Origin: Okamejei kenojei
Taxonomy: Eukaryota
Length of the DNA stretch: 64,000 bases
Assembly: GCA_035221665.1 (NCBI GenBank)
Contig: CM069138.1
Span: 22,382,001-22,446,000, forward strand
Reading direction: 5' to 3'
Shown here: positions 1 through 12,783 of the stretch, piece by piece
How the letters are laid out: each line of letters opens with the position of its first letter
Position numbering within the stretch: the first letter of the stretch is position 1
Made by a program: the position numbers and the translations under genes
Notes under the pieces: generated by a model
Told to the model about the DNA's origin: nothing
Databases searched by the model: none
What the model saw: only the letters and a program-made list of their open reading frames with translations

Positions 1-2578
1 GTATGTAAAACCATTTCAGGCTGTTTTAATCATAATATTTATTAGCAGCTTGTGGGACATTTTCCTTTTTTAACCCACCATTGTAAATTCCAATACAGCT
101 TCTTTTGTTAATTACATAGGCCTGTCAAATGGCCTGCCTTCTCTTTGAGAGCTTGTATCTTGTACCTTCGAAGATATCAATAAATGTAATGAACCAAATT
201 CTACTGCAGGAAAATGCTGCTAGCAGTTCACCAATGGTTGTCACCATTTCTCGGATGGAAGGATAAGGTTTTGAATGAGATAATGACAAGTTACCAAAAT
301 ATCATCGACTTTAACTGTTGGTAAAGGTATTAACATAGTCACTGAGTTAATTACAAACCCCAAAGTAAATTGTTTGTGCTGGCTGCAGCTGGGGCTTAAT
401 AGATGAATTAAGAACCTTAGCTTACCACAAAGCTTTAGTAACTGAAACTGAGTCCTCAGCTGACTCCTGATAATCACTAATGACCAGAATGTCATTGAGA
501 TAAGCCATAATGATGTGCATTTTGTGCTCTAATTGGGCTAAATGGTTTCAACAGTTTCGTAAAGAGTAAAAAGCTGAACTCAGTCCATTTGGCAAAGCTT
601 AACTGCCATTAATTGTCACAACCAATTAAAATTTAAGTACTACCGAAACCTGATGCATAGGTACAGAATAATAGGCGTCTTTTCATCAATCTTAGCCATA
701 TAACAACCTGCTGAATTAAATATTTTGCAGTATTCAATGACTCCATTTGAACATGTTTGTATTCTACAAACTTATTTTGACCTGTAAGGTCCAGAATACT
801 TCTGCAACCATCATCTGTAATGCCTTCTAACATTAAAGACAAATTTATGCTTGTGTTCAAAATCTTTTCCATTACCTCTTTTCCAGATAATTAGGCAATG
901 TGAACATAAATCTCTGCTTTTTCAATTGCAGGAAAACACGAAACATAAGCAGGTTTATTCTGTACAGGAGGATTAACCTCTTTTTTTTTAAAAGTAATAG
1001 TAGTTAATGAAACTGCTCGTAATATACTGATCAAAAATAATAGTAAGCCAGTCTTAATAAACTTTTTGTAATCTCCCTCTAACTGGAGATTAATCCGCAG
1101 TTTCTTTAAGCAGGGAACAAGTCTTTAATTCCTCTGCATATGAGCGTGGTGGTCTCCTTATCCCCTGAATTCGGGTAAGTATTTGGTTGTGCAATACAAT
1201 AAAACTTCCTTGACATATTTCTGCCTCTATTTCCAATATCAAATCCCCTTCTGGGCGAAAAATACCTTTTCGTCCAAAGACGAAGGTTTCATGCAGCTAA
1301 AATATTTAGCTTTTCATCCAATTTCAATAAGTTAGGCAGATTATTCCAAACAGATAACCAAGAGCTTAAACACCACTTGCTCGACACAGGTATGCAACCT
1401 TGGGTGAAAAATGGGCCAAATAGCCATTTATATTATATAAAATTTCATAGAAAGAATTGCACAATAGCGTCTTTATTTTTATGTTTTCCTTTCATCTGCC
1501 CAAAAGCCATAATAGCAGCAGAATAATTTGTGAGGATTTTTAAACCTCACTATTTGACGCTCTCATATTTGGAGTCATGGATGCCCATATTAACGGATAA
1601 ACCGTAGGCTCTTCCAATGAGGCACAATTTCCTGTGCTGTGCAATTTTAATATTTCAATCATCACAAAATCATGAAGTTGGTGAGATACCATATATATAT
1701 GTTGGCAGCTAGGATTTCTTCCATAGCCTCACCACTTCCTTCATATATAGCAAAACCTTTTGCTATTCCAGGCATCTTTGGCCTCTTTTCATATTTTTTC
1801 ATTTTATTTTTATTTTTATTTTGTGGTGTGCTTTCAAAATGCAAATCACCATCAACAGGGTCTGCCTTCTGCAGCCCTAAATCAATTGGGATTTCATCCC
1901 ATGAGACTTCTTCCGGCCCAAATCCTGGGTCCGGAGTTCCAACTTCCATTAGGCCCATGGCCATATTCAGAATAATTAAACCCCTCAGGGCTAATTTTAG
2001 GAACCTTCAGGGTACTTTGACCCTAGTCTCATAATTATTTGGAGAACTTTCTCCATATGCTCCATAATCAGTTCCACATAGTTTACTTATCTGGAGGACT
2101 TTTCAATGTCAGAGTCATCAGAACCACGGGCCTCTCAGATTTTTTATTTTATTTTATTTTCCATTTTTCATATTCGGGAGCATTTCTCTCCGTGGTTATC
2201 ATTTTGTAAACTAATTCGCTAACGGGTATATCTGCGGCCACCGGTATCGGAACCGGCTCCGCACTAGCTTTCCGTATATTTATTTTTCACCCCAGGAAGC
2301 ATTTAACCCGCGAATATAAGTTTACTTCATCATCTGTGCTTAACCAGCACTAATATGACTCTGACCTGATTTAATATATTTCCTATACTGCTGGACCTAC
2401 CCAGCGCCCGCTAAGAAATCCCAACTTTACTGTTCTTACCTGCGGGCCGTTCCGACCGCTGCGAGGAGCTGCTCCTTACTGCAGCTCCACCTTCTGCCGT
2501 CAGCGTCGACGTCATGCCGTTACCAGCGTGAGGCGGGCTCTTCTTCACGTAGTCACTCACGTGACTCCGAAGTAAAAT
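1..2578 (-). mobile_element. Degenerate DIRS1-like tyrosine-recombinase retrotransposon (5' terminus, gag-like region, RT/RNase H), running off the window edge
   Basis: Minus-strand fragments GCRSILDLTGQNKFVEYKHVQMES, ALPNGLSSA..LFTKLLKP, IMAYLNDILVI (degenerate YLDD), IGELLAAF/PAVEFGSLH..KIQALK..QWWV, with many frameshifts. The terminus attttacttcggagtcacgtgagtgactacgtga is shared with 63193. Confidence 0.85.
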
Positions 2579-5338
2579 GAGTATAGAAACAATTGGTAGC
2601 AAAGTAAAAATTAAAAGTGGCAGGCAGACAAATCCAGGGCAAAAATCAAAAAGGGCCACTTTTCAACATAATTGTATAAGGAGTAAGAGTGTTGTAAAAA
2701 CAAGCCTGAACGCTTTGTGTCTCAATGAGAGGAGCATTCGTAATAAGGTGGATGAGTTGAAGGAGCAGATAGCTATTAATGATTATGATGTAGTTGGGAT
2801 CACAGAGACTTGGCTCCAGGGTGACAAAGTCTGGGAACTGAACATCCAGGGATATTCAATATTCAGGAGGGATAGACAGAAAGGTAAAGGAGGTGGGGTA
2901 GCGTTGCTGGTTAGAGAGGAGATTAATGCAATAGAAAGGAAGGACTTTAGCTTGGAGGATGTGGAATCGATATGGGTAGAGTTGCAAAACACTAAGGGGC
3001 AGAAAATGCTAGTGGGAGTTGTGTACAGGCCACCTAACATTAGTAGTATAGTTGGGAATGGCATCAAACAGGAAATTAGAAATGCATGCAACAAAGGTAA
3101 AACAGTTATAATGGGTGCCTTCAATCTACATATAGATTGGGTGAATCAAATTGGCAGGGGTGCTGAGGAAGAGGATTTCTTGGAATGTATGCGGGATAGT
3201 TTTCTGTAGATGAACCAATGAGATGGCTGGCTTTTCTATACTGGGTATTGAGTAATGAGGAAGGGTTAGTTAGCAGTCGTGTTGTGCGTGGCCCCTTGGG
3301 CAAGAGTGACCATAATATGGTTGAGTTCTTCATTAGGATGGAAAGTGACATAGTTAATTCAGAAACAAGGATTCTGAACTTAAAGAAAGGTAACTTTGAA
3401 GGTATGAGACATGAATTGGCCAAGATAGACCGGCAATTGATTCTTAAATGGTTCTTAAATGGTTGACAGTGGATGTGCAATGGAAGGCATTTAAAGACGG
3501 CATGGATGAACTACAACAATTGTTCATCCCAGTTTGGCAAAATAATAAATCAGGGAAGGTAGTGCATCCATGGATAACAAGGGAAATCAGGGATAGTATC
3601 AAAACAAAAGATGATGTATACAAATTAGCCAGTAAAAGCAGCCTACCAGAGGACTGGGAGAAAGTCCAGCAGAGGAGGACAAAGGGCTTAATTAGGAAAG
3701 GGAAAATAGATTATGAAAGAAAGGAAGAAAGCTAATGGAATGTTGGCCTTCATAACAAGAGGATTTCAGTACAGGAGTAAACAGGTTCTTCTGCACTTGT
3801 ATAGGGCTCTGGTGAGACCACATCTGGAGTATTGTGTACAGTTTTGGTCTCCTAATTTGAGGAAGGACATCCTTGTGATTGAGGCACTGCAGCGTAGATT
3901 CACGAGATTGATTCCTGGGATGGCGGGACTGTCATATCAGGAAAGATTGAAAAGACTAGGCTTGTATTCACTGGAGTTTAGAAGGATGAGAGGGGATCTT
4001 ATAGAAACATATAAAATTATAAAAGGACTGGACAAGCTAGATGCAGGAAAAATGTTTCCAATGTTGGGTGAGTCCAGAGCCAGGGGCCACAGCCTTAGAA
4101 TAAAGGGGAGGTCATTTAAGACTGAGGTGAGAAAAAAACTTTTTAACCCAGAGAGTTGTGAATTTATGGAATTCCCTGCCACAGAGGGCAGTGGAGGCCA
4201 AATCACTGGATGGATTTAAGAGAGAGTTGGATAGTGCTCTAGGGGCTAGTGGAGTCAAGGGATATGGGGAGAAGGCAGGCACGGGTTATTGATAGCAGAC
4301 GATCAGCCATGATCACAATGAATGGCGGTGCTGGCTCGAAGGGCCTCCTCCTGCACCTATTTTCTATGTTTCTATGTTTCTAAAACTGGCAGGGAACATA
4401 AAAACTGCAAAAGTTTTTACAGCTATGTGAAGTGAAAAAGATTACTTAAAACAAATATGGGTCCCTTGCAGTCAGAAACAGGTGAATTGAACATGGGGAA
4501 CGAGGACATGGCAGACCAATTGAAAAACTACTTTGGTTCTGTCTTCACTAAGGAAGACATAAATTATCTGCCGGAAATAGCAGGGGACCGCGGGTCAAAT
4601 AAGATGGAGGAACTGAGTGAAATCCAGGTTAGCCGGGAAGTGGTGTTGGGTAAATTGAATGGATTAAAGGCCGATAAATCCCCAGGGCCAGATAGGCTGC
4701 ATCCCAGAGTACTCAAGGAAGTAGCCACAGAAATAGTGGATGCATTAGTGATAATTTTTCAAAACTCTTTAGATTCTGGAGTAGTTCCTGAGGATTGGAG
4801 GGTAGCTAATGTAACCCCACTTTAAAAAAAAGGAGTGAGGGAGAAAACACGGAATTACAGACCAGTTAGTCTAACATTGGTAGTGGGGAAACTGCCAGAG
4901 TCAGTAATTAAAGATGGGCTAGCAGCACATTTGGAAAGTGGTGAAATCATTGGACAAATTCAGCATGGATTTACGAAATGTAAATCATGTCTGATGAATC
5001 TTATTGAATTTTTCGAGGATGTAACTAGTAGAGTGGATAAGGGAGAACTAGTGGATGTGTTATATCTGGACTTTCTGAAGGCTTTTGACAAGTCCCACAT
5101 GAGAGATTAGTATACAAACTTAGAGCACACGGTATTGGGGGTTCAGTATTGATGTGGATAGAGAACTGGCTGGCAGACAGGAAGCAAAGGGTAGGAGTAA
5201 ACGGGTCCTTTTCAGAATGGCAGGCAGTGACTAGTCGGGTACCGCAAGGCTCAGTGCTGGGACCCCAGCTATTTACAATATATATTAATGATTTGGACGA
5301 GGGAATTGAATGCAACATCTCCAAGTTTGCGGATGACA
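2579..5338 (+). mobile_element. CR1 LINE ORF2 (APE endonuclease to RT), 3'-truncated, interrupted by a second CR1 3' fragment at ~3723-4381
   Basis: ORF 2577-3209 carries the EN motifs VGITETW, VGVVYRPP. 4457-5338 carries [27 protein letters not shown]. The inserted piece encodes [11 protein letters not shown] and ends in (tttctatg)n. Confidence 0.9.
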
Positions 5339-5591
5339 ATTCAAACCCAAAGGGTTGTTCATCCAAAAACCATTTGCAGAGAATTTTTGCACTGTTGATT
5401 TTTGTTTCCTTGTACTTGTCCTTTCACATACTTTTCTATTTCCTAGCTGTTGCACTTTACATGCCAAGGATAACTTCTCCACTCTCTGTTTTACTTGGAG
5501 TGGTAGAGAGTTCCCATGTGTCGGTGAGTCATTGCGTGAAGGTTGAAGTGTAAGCTGCTGTTATCGTCAGTGCAGGCAAACAATGACTTAC

Positions 5592-5939
5592 CAGTTACAT
5601 TGAGCTGGGACCCTGCTCCATAGATGTAACTCCACACGCTGCAGTTGTAGACAGCAGTATCATTGATGGAGACATTGGCGATGGTCAGAATGTAACTGTT
5701 GCTCATGGCATTCCTGAAAGACTTAAAGCGGTCAGAGATACAACTGGACCTGGTGACGTTTCCATCCACAAAGTGGCTCATTACCCACTCGCTGTTTTTC
5801 CCAGGTCGCTGCTGGTTCCAGTGGACGTCAGTGTCATTCACACTGGCATTGTGCAAGACACATTGCAACTGCACAGTTACACCCTCTGCCACCTTGCTAA
5901 CTGACGGAGACTGGATCAGGACCGGATCATCCAGGGGAT
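5592..5939 (-). CDS. Gene 1 exon 4: third germline-joined VJ-type Ig domain (V3)
   Basis: Acceptor cacacag|AT, donor ACT G|gtaagt; 348 nt, phase 1-1, open. Encodes PVLIQSP..VQLQC..VHWNQQRPG..RF..ILTIANVSINDTAVYNCSVWSYIYGAGSQLNVT. Confidence 0.92.
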
Positions 5940-6799
5940 CTGTGTGAATATACATGGAGCTCAATGGAAGTTATCATATCTCTCCAGCATTTAGTGTGTA
6001 AGTTTCTAAAATTTGAATACCATCACATACTTCCCAGGGAGGCTCAGCATAATTGAAGAGTAAGATTATCCAGGATATCAGATTTATGCATGTTCTTCGG
6101 ACTTGCTAGCTGACCTTTTAAGTTACTCCAACAACTTGTGCCTTTTGTTTTGCTGTCCTGCTTGTCCTGCTCTTTATACTTGTCTGAGCCCCCTGCAGCC
6201 TCCTCACATGTTGCATCGCCTACCAACTAACCTGGATATGTTATATTTGGTCTCCTCATCCTTGATTGTGAACAGTGAGGGTCCCAGTACCAAACCCTGC
6301 ACCACCTCTTAGCTTGAATACCTGCAGTTCATTTCAGTTCCTCCAGGAGATTTAACCAAGAGATTCTCCCATCTATGTGTCTGGTTGTGATGAATAATGG
6401 TCGATCTCGTCTACAGTTACTGTCTCCGCATGGCTCATTGAAAAACCCAACCCGACTTTGCTGGTCACAAACATCTAACAATGTGAGCTTTAAAAGATTT
6501 CTCACCCATGATGTCCATTTGATACATCCTCATTGACTCTGTTCTTACACCTACCCTATTCTTCTGCCTTTGTGTCGGATTCTTATCTTTCCTTTACTGC
6601 CGATGGTGCAATGAGTTATCTATTTCGCTGGAACATGGAAATTATATTGAGGGGGAATTTTAACCATGCATCACACTATTTAGGGGCCGGTATCAACACA
6701 ATGCAGATGAGCAAAGTGACAGATCCAGACAACAATGAACTGTCAGTCTGAGGGAGGGCAAGAACACAGGTGATCAATGTGTAACCTGTTTCTTCTCAG

Positions 6800-7281
6800 C
6801 TCGTCCCAGATCCCTGGCCTTGGATCCAATGACAGCGTTGTTGTTGCTGCCTCTGTGCTGTGGGTGGTATAAGTGTCAGTGATTCCTGGTTGAAAACAAG
6901 CCTGAAGGTTCGCCGGTTGGCGGGACTGGGAACCTGTCAAAAGGCTCATCTGTTGGCATGACCAGGAGAGAGTTGGAGACGTCAGACACAAGGAGCAAGG
7001 GCCGGTGCGAGGTTGAAACAGGGAAATGTCTCCAGCGCCTTCAGTTAGGCTGCTGGATGCACCCCCGAGACACAAAGATGGCCGGGCGAGGAGAGGAGAG
7101 GGACATTGGTTTGTGGGAACTACTCCAGTGCATCGAGCTGTGGGCTGAGCGGATGTTGCACTTTGAATGATGGAGCCAAAACATGGCGGCACCAGCATGT
7201 GCAATATATGCAAAAAAAAAATTCACTGCACAGTTGCATATGTGACAAATAAAGAACTATTGAACCATTGAACCATTGAAA
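6800..7281 (+). repeat. Non-autonomous retroposon with Rex1/L2-type tail; related copy at ~32620-32940
   Basis: Blocks gacacaaagatggcc, ctccagtgcatcgagc and cagttgcatatgtgacaaataaa are shared between copies; this copy ends in an (accattga)n tail. Confidence 0.55.
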
Positions 7282-7574
7282 TAAGGAGGCAACATTAGTT
7301 CATCTAAAGCCATGACAAGTTGTTGTTCTGCTCTCCTGTACCTTATCTCAAACAGCTGTGAGAAGTGCCCTGCTATTACACTGCGCACTGAACAATGTTT
7401 CTAGTTTTCTCTCAACGAAGAACACACTGCACATTGAAATTTGTTTTCCACAACCAAGACATGACATACAGGTCAGTTACCATATCAGTGCTCTCACCAT
7501 TAGTGAGGGGCCACAATGTTTTGGTCTTCAGAATCAGGGCTCCAGTATGATCTCCTTACTCTTTCAGTAATTCC

Positions 7575-8020
7575 ATTCTTACAGAGAAAGGTTGAACAAG
7601 TTAGGTCTTTATTCTTTGGAGCGCAGAAGGTTAAGGGGGGACTTGATTGAGGTCTTTAAAATGATGAAAGGAATAGACAGAGTTGACGTGGATACGTTTT
7701 ACCCATTGAGGGTAGGGAAGATTCAAACAAGAGGGCATGACATGAGAATTAAGGGACAGAGGTTTCGGGGTAACGTGAGGGGGAACTTCTTTACTCAGAG
7801 GGTGGTGGCTGTGTGGAATGAGCTTCCAGCAGAAGTGGTGGAGGCAGGATCGATTTTAACATTTAAGAGTAAAGTGGATAGGTATATGGACGTGAAGGGA
7901 ATGGAGGGGTATGGTCTGAGTGCAGGTAGATGGGACTAGGGGGAAACAAATGGTCGGCACGGACTGGAAGGGCCGAGAGGGCCTGTTTCCGTGCTTTAAT
8001 TGTTATATGGTTATATGGTT
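7575..8020 (+). mobile_element. CR1 3' fragment
   Basis: ORF LGLYSLERRRLRGDLIEVFK..NFFTQRVVAVWNELP; (ttatatgg)n tail. Confidence 0.85.
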
Positions 8021-8102
8021 ACATGTGCCAATTCAAGGGAAGTGAATTACACCCAATAGAGTTATACATAGGTGAATAAAACCAACTATAATTTGTACTC
8101 AC

Positions 8103-8447
8103 TGGTTACGTTGAGCTGGGTTCCATTCCCTCTGATATCTCCCCACACTGTGCAGTAATAGACGGCAGAGTCATTGAGCATCACGTTTATGACCGTCAGG
8201 ATGAAGCTGCTGTTGGAGGCCTCTCTGAAAGGCTGGAACCGCTCAGTGAAGCCTGGTCTCCTTCGTACGCTGCCTCCTGCCTCGTGCGTTAAAACCCACT
8301 CCATGTCCTGCCCTGGTAGTTCTCGGTACCAGTGGACGTCAGTTTTTCCCACTTTGGCGTTCTCCATGGAACACCGTAACCGTGCCGTGTGACCCTCTGT
8401 GACACGCTCCAGCCTCGGGAATTGGATCAGGATCGGAGGATTTGCAA
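8103..8447 (-). CDS. Gene 1 exon 3: second germline-joined VJ-type Ig domain (V2)
   Basis: Acceptor tttccttttcaag|TT, donor ACC A|gtgagt; 345 nt, phase 1-1. Encodes ANPPILIQFPRLERVTEGHTARLRCSMEN..VHWYRELPG..ERF..DSAVYYCTVWGDIRGNGTQLNVT. Confidence 0.93.
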
Positions 8448-8638
8448 CTTGAAAAGGAAAATATCAATAGATGAACACTAATGTTGGGGTTGCTAAATAC
8501 TTTATGTGTTTCAACTTAAAATACATTAATCCTTTGACATTAGATAACCTCATGTAAAAGTGATGCTAACTTGGTTAGCAACTGATAATAACATCATGAT
8601 TGCAGCTGATTGCAACTTTCTCCCTGTTCATGATTATT

Positions 8639-8644
<6 letters not shown>

Positions 8645-8680
<36 letters not shown>
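8645..8680. repeat. (CT)n microsatellite
   Basis: Pure CT run seen directly. Confidence 0.95.
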
Positions 8681-8683
<3 letters not shown>

Positions 8684-9311
8684 TTGACTTACAATGGGGA
8701 TTTCATTTTTCATTTAGCTTTGTTTAGTCGTGTATTTGGTTCTTTGTTGCACTCTACGCAGAGATAAGCAGATCTCTGTATATTGGAGGAGGAAGGATGT
8801 ATGGAAATAGTACAGATAGGTCATTGAGGTGGTAATGTTTAGTTTACTTTACTGTAGAGATGCAGCATGGAAACAGGTCCACTCCACTTAGCCCATGCTG
8901 ACCATCGAGTAATTGATCTCAGTGTGGCAGACTGTGCAACTAATAGTGACTGTGCATGAACTGTGAGTGGCTCGATTGTAATCATGTATTGTCTTTCCGC
9001 TGACTGGTTAGCAAGCAACAAAAGCTTTTCACTGTACCTCGGTAAACTTGACAATAAAGTAAACTCAAGCAAAGTGATTATAAATGAAGAAACTAACCTA
9101 CCGATACTGTAATTTCTTTACATTTATCTGTTCACACTGTGTGTACCTCTCTGGTAATGTCGAATTACATTCTCCATCCTGGTCTCAGAACGCAGTGCCG
9201 AGTGATCTGCATTATTCAGTTAAAAAATAATTTGGGCCTATTTTCATCCTCCATTTTGCAGTGTGAACTTCTAACGATGTCTGTCTCTGTAAAACTGACA
9301 ACATGACATCA

Positions 9312-9594
9312 TGATAAGGGGGAAGTATTTTAGGACCGAGATGAGAAAATCATTTTTCACACGGAGAGTGGTGAATCTGTGGAATTCTCTGCCACAGAAG
9401 GTAGTTGAGGCCAGTTTATTGGCTATATTTAAGAGGGAGTTAGATGTGGCCCTTGTGGCTAAAGGGATCAGTGGTACGGAGAGAAGGCAGGTACGGGATA
9501 CTGAGTTTGATGATCAGCCATGATCATATTGAATGGCAGTGCAGGCTCGAAGGGCCGAATGGCCGCTTCCTGCACCTATTTTCTATGTTTTCTA
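9312..9594 (+). mobile_element. CR1 3' end
   Basis: FFTRRVVNLWNSLPQ, conserved 3' UTR gatcagccatgatcatattgaatgg and tttctatg tail. Confidence 0.85.
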
Positions 9595-9644
9595 AGATTC
9601 CTCATGATATTAGGATTTGAAATAGAACCAATTTAAATACTCAC

Positions 9645-10007
9645 TGGTTACATTCAGCTGGGTTCCATTTCCAAATTTCTTCCCCCAAATGCCACAGATG
9701 TAATCAGCAGAGTCGGCAATCACCACCTCTCTGATGGTCAGTGAGTAGCTGTTACTGACATCATCCCTGGAAAGCTGAAATCGCTCGGAGAAGCCCGGTG
9801 ACCTGTAAGTTTGGCCATTCACATAAAGACTAAGTTTGATTCCTTTTGCAGTTAAATCATTACGTAAGTTGTACCAGTGAACGGTGAATTTGTTCACAAT
9901 GTCATTCACATTGGTGCTGTTCAGGACACACCGTATCTCCACTGTTTCACCTTCACGCACCACCAGAGCTCCTGGGGATTGGATCAGGTATGTGTTTGCC
10001 TTTAGAC
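9645..10007 (-). CDS. Gene 1 exon 2: first (membrane-distal) germline-joined VJ-type Ig domain (V1)
   Basis: Acceptor ttacccacag|GT, donor ACC A|gtgagt; 363 nt, phase 1-1. Encodes LIQSPGALVVREGETVEIRC..VHWY..SERFQLSRD..LTI..DSADYICGIWGKKFGNGTQLNVT. Confidence 0.93.
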
Positions 10008-10246
10008 CTGTGGGTAATAACAACCAAAGATCAGAACAGATGATGATCACAAAAATAATTTGAAACGAAAGGCACTTGGATATTTATGAATGTTCTGCAC
10101 ATGTATCCTCAATTTGTAAACTTTTTTGTTTTCTCCTGAGCTTCGCTCTTTCACTCTGCACTGAAATTACAAACAATACCTTTGGTAAAAGCAACCGCTC
10201 AAAAGTACAAACACTGAATATTAAAGGTTAAATCCTGCTCCATGTA

Positions 10247-10513
10247 CAGTGGCTTGCAAAAGTTTTCATACCACTTGAACATTTCCACATATTGACTCAG
10301 GGAGGCTGAATAATTTTGCACGCTACACTTTTCAGTTTATTATTTGTAATAAAATTTGGAAACCATGTATCATTTTGCTTCCACTTCACAACTATCCACC
10401 ACTTTGTGTTGGTCTATCACATAAAATCCCAATAAAATATATTAATGTTTGTGGTTGTAACGTGAAAAAATGTGGAAAAGTTCAAGGGGTATGAAAACCT
10501 TTGCAAGCCACTG
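10247..10513. mobile_element. Tc1/mariner-type MITE (267 bp)
   Basis: ~44-bp terminal inverted repeats (cagtggcttgcaaaagttttcatacc.. / ..ggtatgaaaacctttgcaagccactg, 3 mismatches), flanked by TA on both sides. Confidence 0.9.
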
Positions 10514-10869
10514 TAAGTGCTTGTTGACTGTGCACACTGTGTTAAATTGAGCAGTAATTCAGGAACAAAGCTGGCAGTTCTAGTAACATTCATTTAGTAC
10601 ATGTAAGATTCTGTTGCAGAGTCAGATGAAGAAGACTAAGGAAATTCAGCATGCTTCCAACAGCTCTTACAAATGTCTACACATGGACCGCATAAAGCAT
10701 CCTATTGATTACATCACAGCCTAGCTTGGCAATTACTCTACCCTACACTCCAGGCTGCCTCTGGAAAGCAACCAACATAGTGAAAGACCATTCACTCCCC
10801 TGTCATTCCTACTTGTCCCCTCTCCTGTCGGGCAGAAGATACAAAACTTCACAGCATCTGGCAGCAGTT

Positions 10870-11200
10870 TTACGATACGATATGATAACATTTTATTCAT
10901 CCCCGGAGAGAAATTGGTCTGCCAACAGTCACAACACACAAGGTACACAAATACTTGTAATTAAAAGTGAAAAAAAAAGAAAAGGACAAGCAACTGTTGG
11001 CTGGCTGCCGTGTGCACAGCGCCTTAACCAGAATGAACGAACAAACTAAACAAAAAAATGCAGAAAAGGATTCTAAAACTAGAGTGCCCCCGCACACCAG
11101 TTCCCCCGTTGTTCTCCCCCAATCCCTCACGGCAGTCCCCATGCCGGGTCCCCATTGTTCTTTGCAACAGCCCTCACTTTCCTTGGCTCCTACTCGTTCC
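10870..11200 (-). repeat. SINE-like retroposon with AATAAA + (tatcg)n tail; homologous copy on + strand at ~30840-31200
   Basis: Shared blocks ggcagccagccaacagt, tgtgttgtgactgttggcag and ctctagttttagaatcc / ctctacttttagaatcc. Confidence 0.65.
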
Positions 11201-11396
11201 CTGGTTACCCTCTTACTCTAATACAATTATTCAATCCTTGGGATTTTTCTTAATTTTGACTGTCAGTGATATTTTTTCTTGCCCCTTTCCTCTCCTAATT
11301 TATATTGAAAGTAGTCTTTTTGCTCTCTTTATACCCAAGTGTCTCTCCTGTTTTCATTTGGCTATGCCTGCCAAATGCTTCCCTTTACTTTATCAG

Positions 11397-11880
11397 ATAG
11401 GTTTACAAGGTTAATTCCCGGGATGGCGGGACTGTCATATGCTGAGAGAATGGAGCGGCTGGCCTTGAACACTCTGGAATTTAGAAGGATGAGAGGATAT
11501 CTTATTGTAACATATGTTAAGGGTTTGGACACTCTGGAGGCAGGAAACATGTTCTCGATGTTGGGGGAGTCCTGAACCAGGGGCCACAGTTTAAGAATAA
11601 GAGGTAAGCCATTTAGAATGGAGACGAGGAAATACTTTTTCTCACAAAGAGTTGTGAATGTGTGGAATTCTCTGCCGCAGAGGGCGGTGGAGGCAGGTTC
11701 TCTGGATGCTTTCAAGAGACAGCTGGATAGGGCTCTTAAAGATAGTGGAGTCAGGGGATATGGGGAAAAGGCATGAATGGGGTACTGATTTGGGATGATC
11801 AGCCATGATCATATTGAATGGCAGTGCTGGCTCGAAGGGCGAAAATGGCCTACTCCTGCACCTATTGTCTATTATCTATC
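11397..11880 (+). mobile_element. CR1 3' fragment
   Basis: [21 protein letters not shown] and CR1 3' UTR. Confidence 0.85.
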
Positions 11881-12012
11881 AAATGTGGGTGCCACGTTGG
11901 TGCATAAGGACTGCTGCCTCACAGAGCCAGAGACCTGGCTTCAATCTCAGGTGCTGTCTGTGTGGCGTTTGCATGTTTTCCCTGTGTGACCACATGTGTT
12001 TCCACCGGGTGC

Positions 12013-12783
12013 ATTTACTATCTAAATGGCGTCAAGTTGGGAAAAGGGGAAGGACAACGGGATCTGGGGGTCCTTGTTCATCAGTCTATGAAAGTAAGCA
12101 TGCAGGTACAGCAGGCAGTGAAGAAAGCGAATGGCATGTTGGCCTTTATAACAAGAGGAATCGAATACAGGAGCAAAGAGGTCCTGCAGTTGTACAGAGC
12201 CCTAATGAGATCACACCTGGAATATTGTGTGCAGTTTTGGTTCCCTAATTTGCGGGAGGACATTCTTGCTATTGAGGGAGTGCAGCGTAAGTTTACAAGG
12301 TTAATTCTCGGGATAGCGGGACTGTCATATGCTGAGAGAATGGAGCAGCTGGGCTTGTACACTATGGAGTTTAGAAGGATGAGAGGATATATTATTGAAA
12401 CATATAGGATTGTTAAGGGTTTGGACATGCTAGAGGCAGGAAACCTGTTCTCGATGTTGGGGGAGTCCAGGACCAGGGGCCACAGTTTAAGAATAAGGAG
12501 TAAGCCATTTAAAACGGAGACGAGGAAACTCTTTTTCACACAGAGAGTGGTGAGTCTGAGGAATTCTCTGCCTGGGCAGTGGAGGCTGGTTCTCTGGATG
12601 TTTTCAAGAGTGAGCTAGAGAGGGCTCTTAAAAATAGCAGAGTAAGGGGATATGGGGAGAAGGCAGGAATGGGGTACTGATTGGGGATGATCAGCCATGA
12701 TCACATTGAATGGCAGTGCTGGCTCAAAGGGCCGAATGGCCTACTCCTGCTCGTATTGTCTATTGTCTGTTGTCTATTGTCTA
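12013..12783 (+). mobile_element. CR1 3' fragment
   Basis: [29 protein letters not shown]; (tattgtc)n tail. Confidence 0.88.

Noticed and set aside
9102-9127. Possible 26-nt micro-exon between V1 and V2
   Set aside because: The acceptor is weak and the exon would break the reading frame.
5592-10007. Rearranging Ig/TCR V gene segments, or a cluster-type IgL locus
   Set aside because: There are no heptamer-spacer-nonamer signals, no individual leader exons before V2 or V3, and no C exons between them. The J-like strand is in the same exon, and each exon is bounded by phase-1 splice sites.
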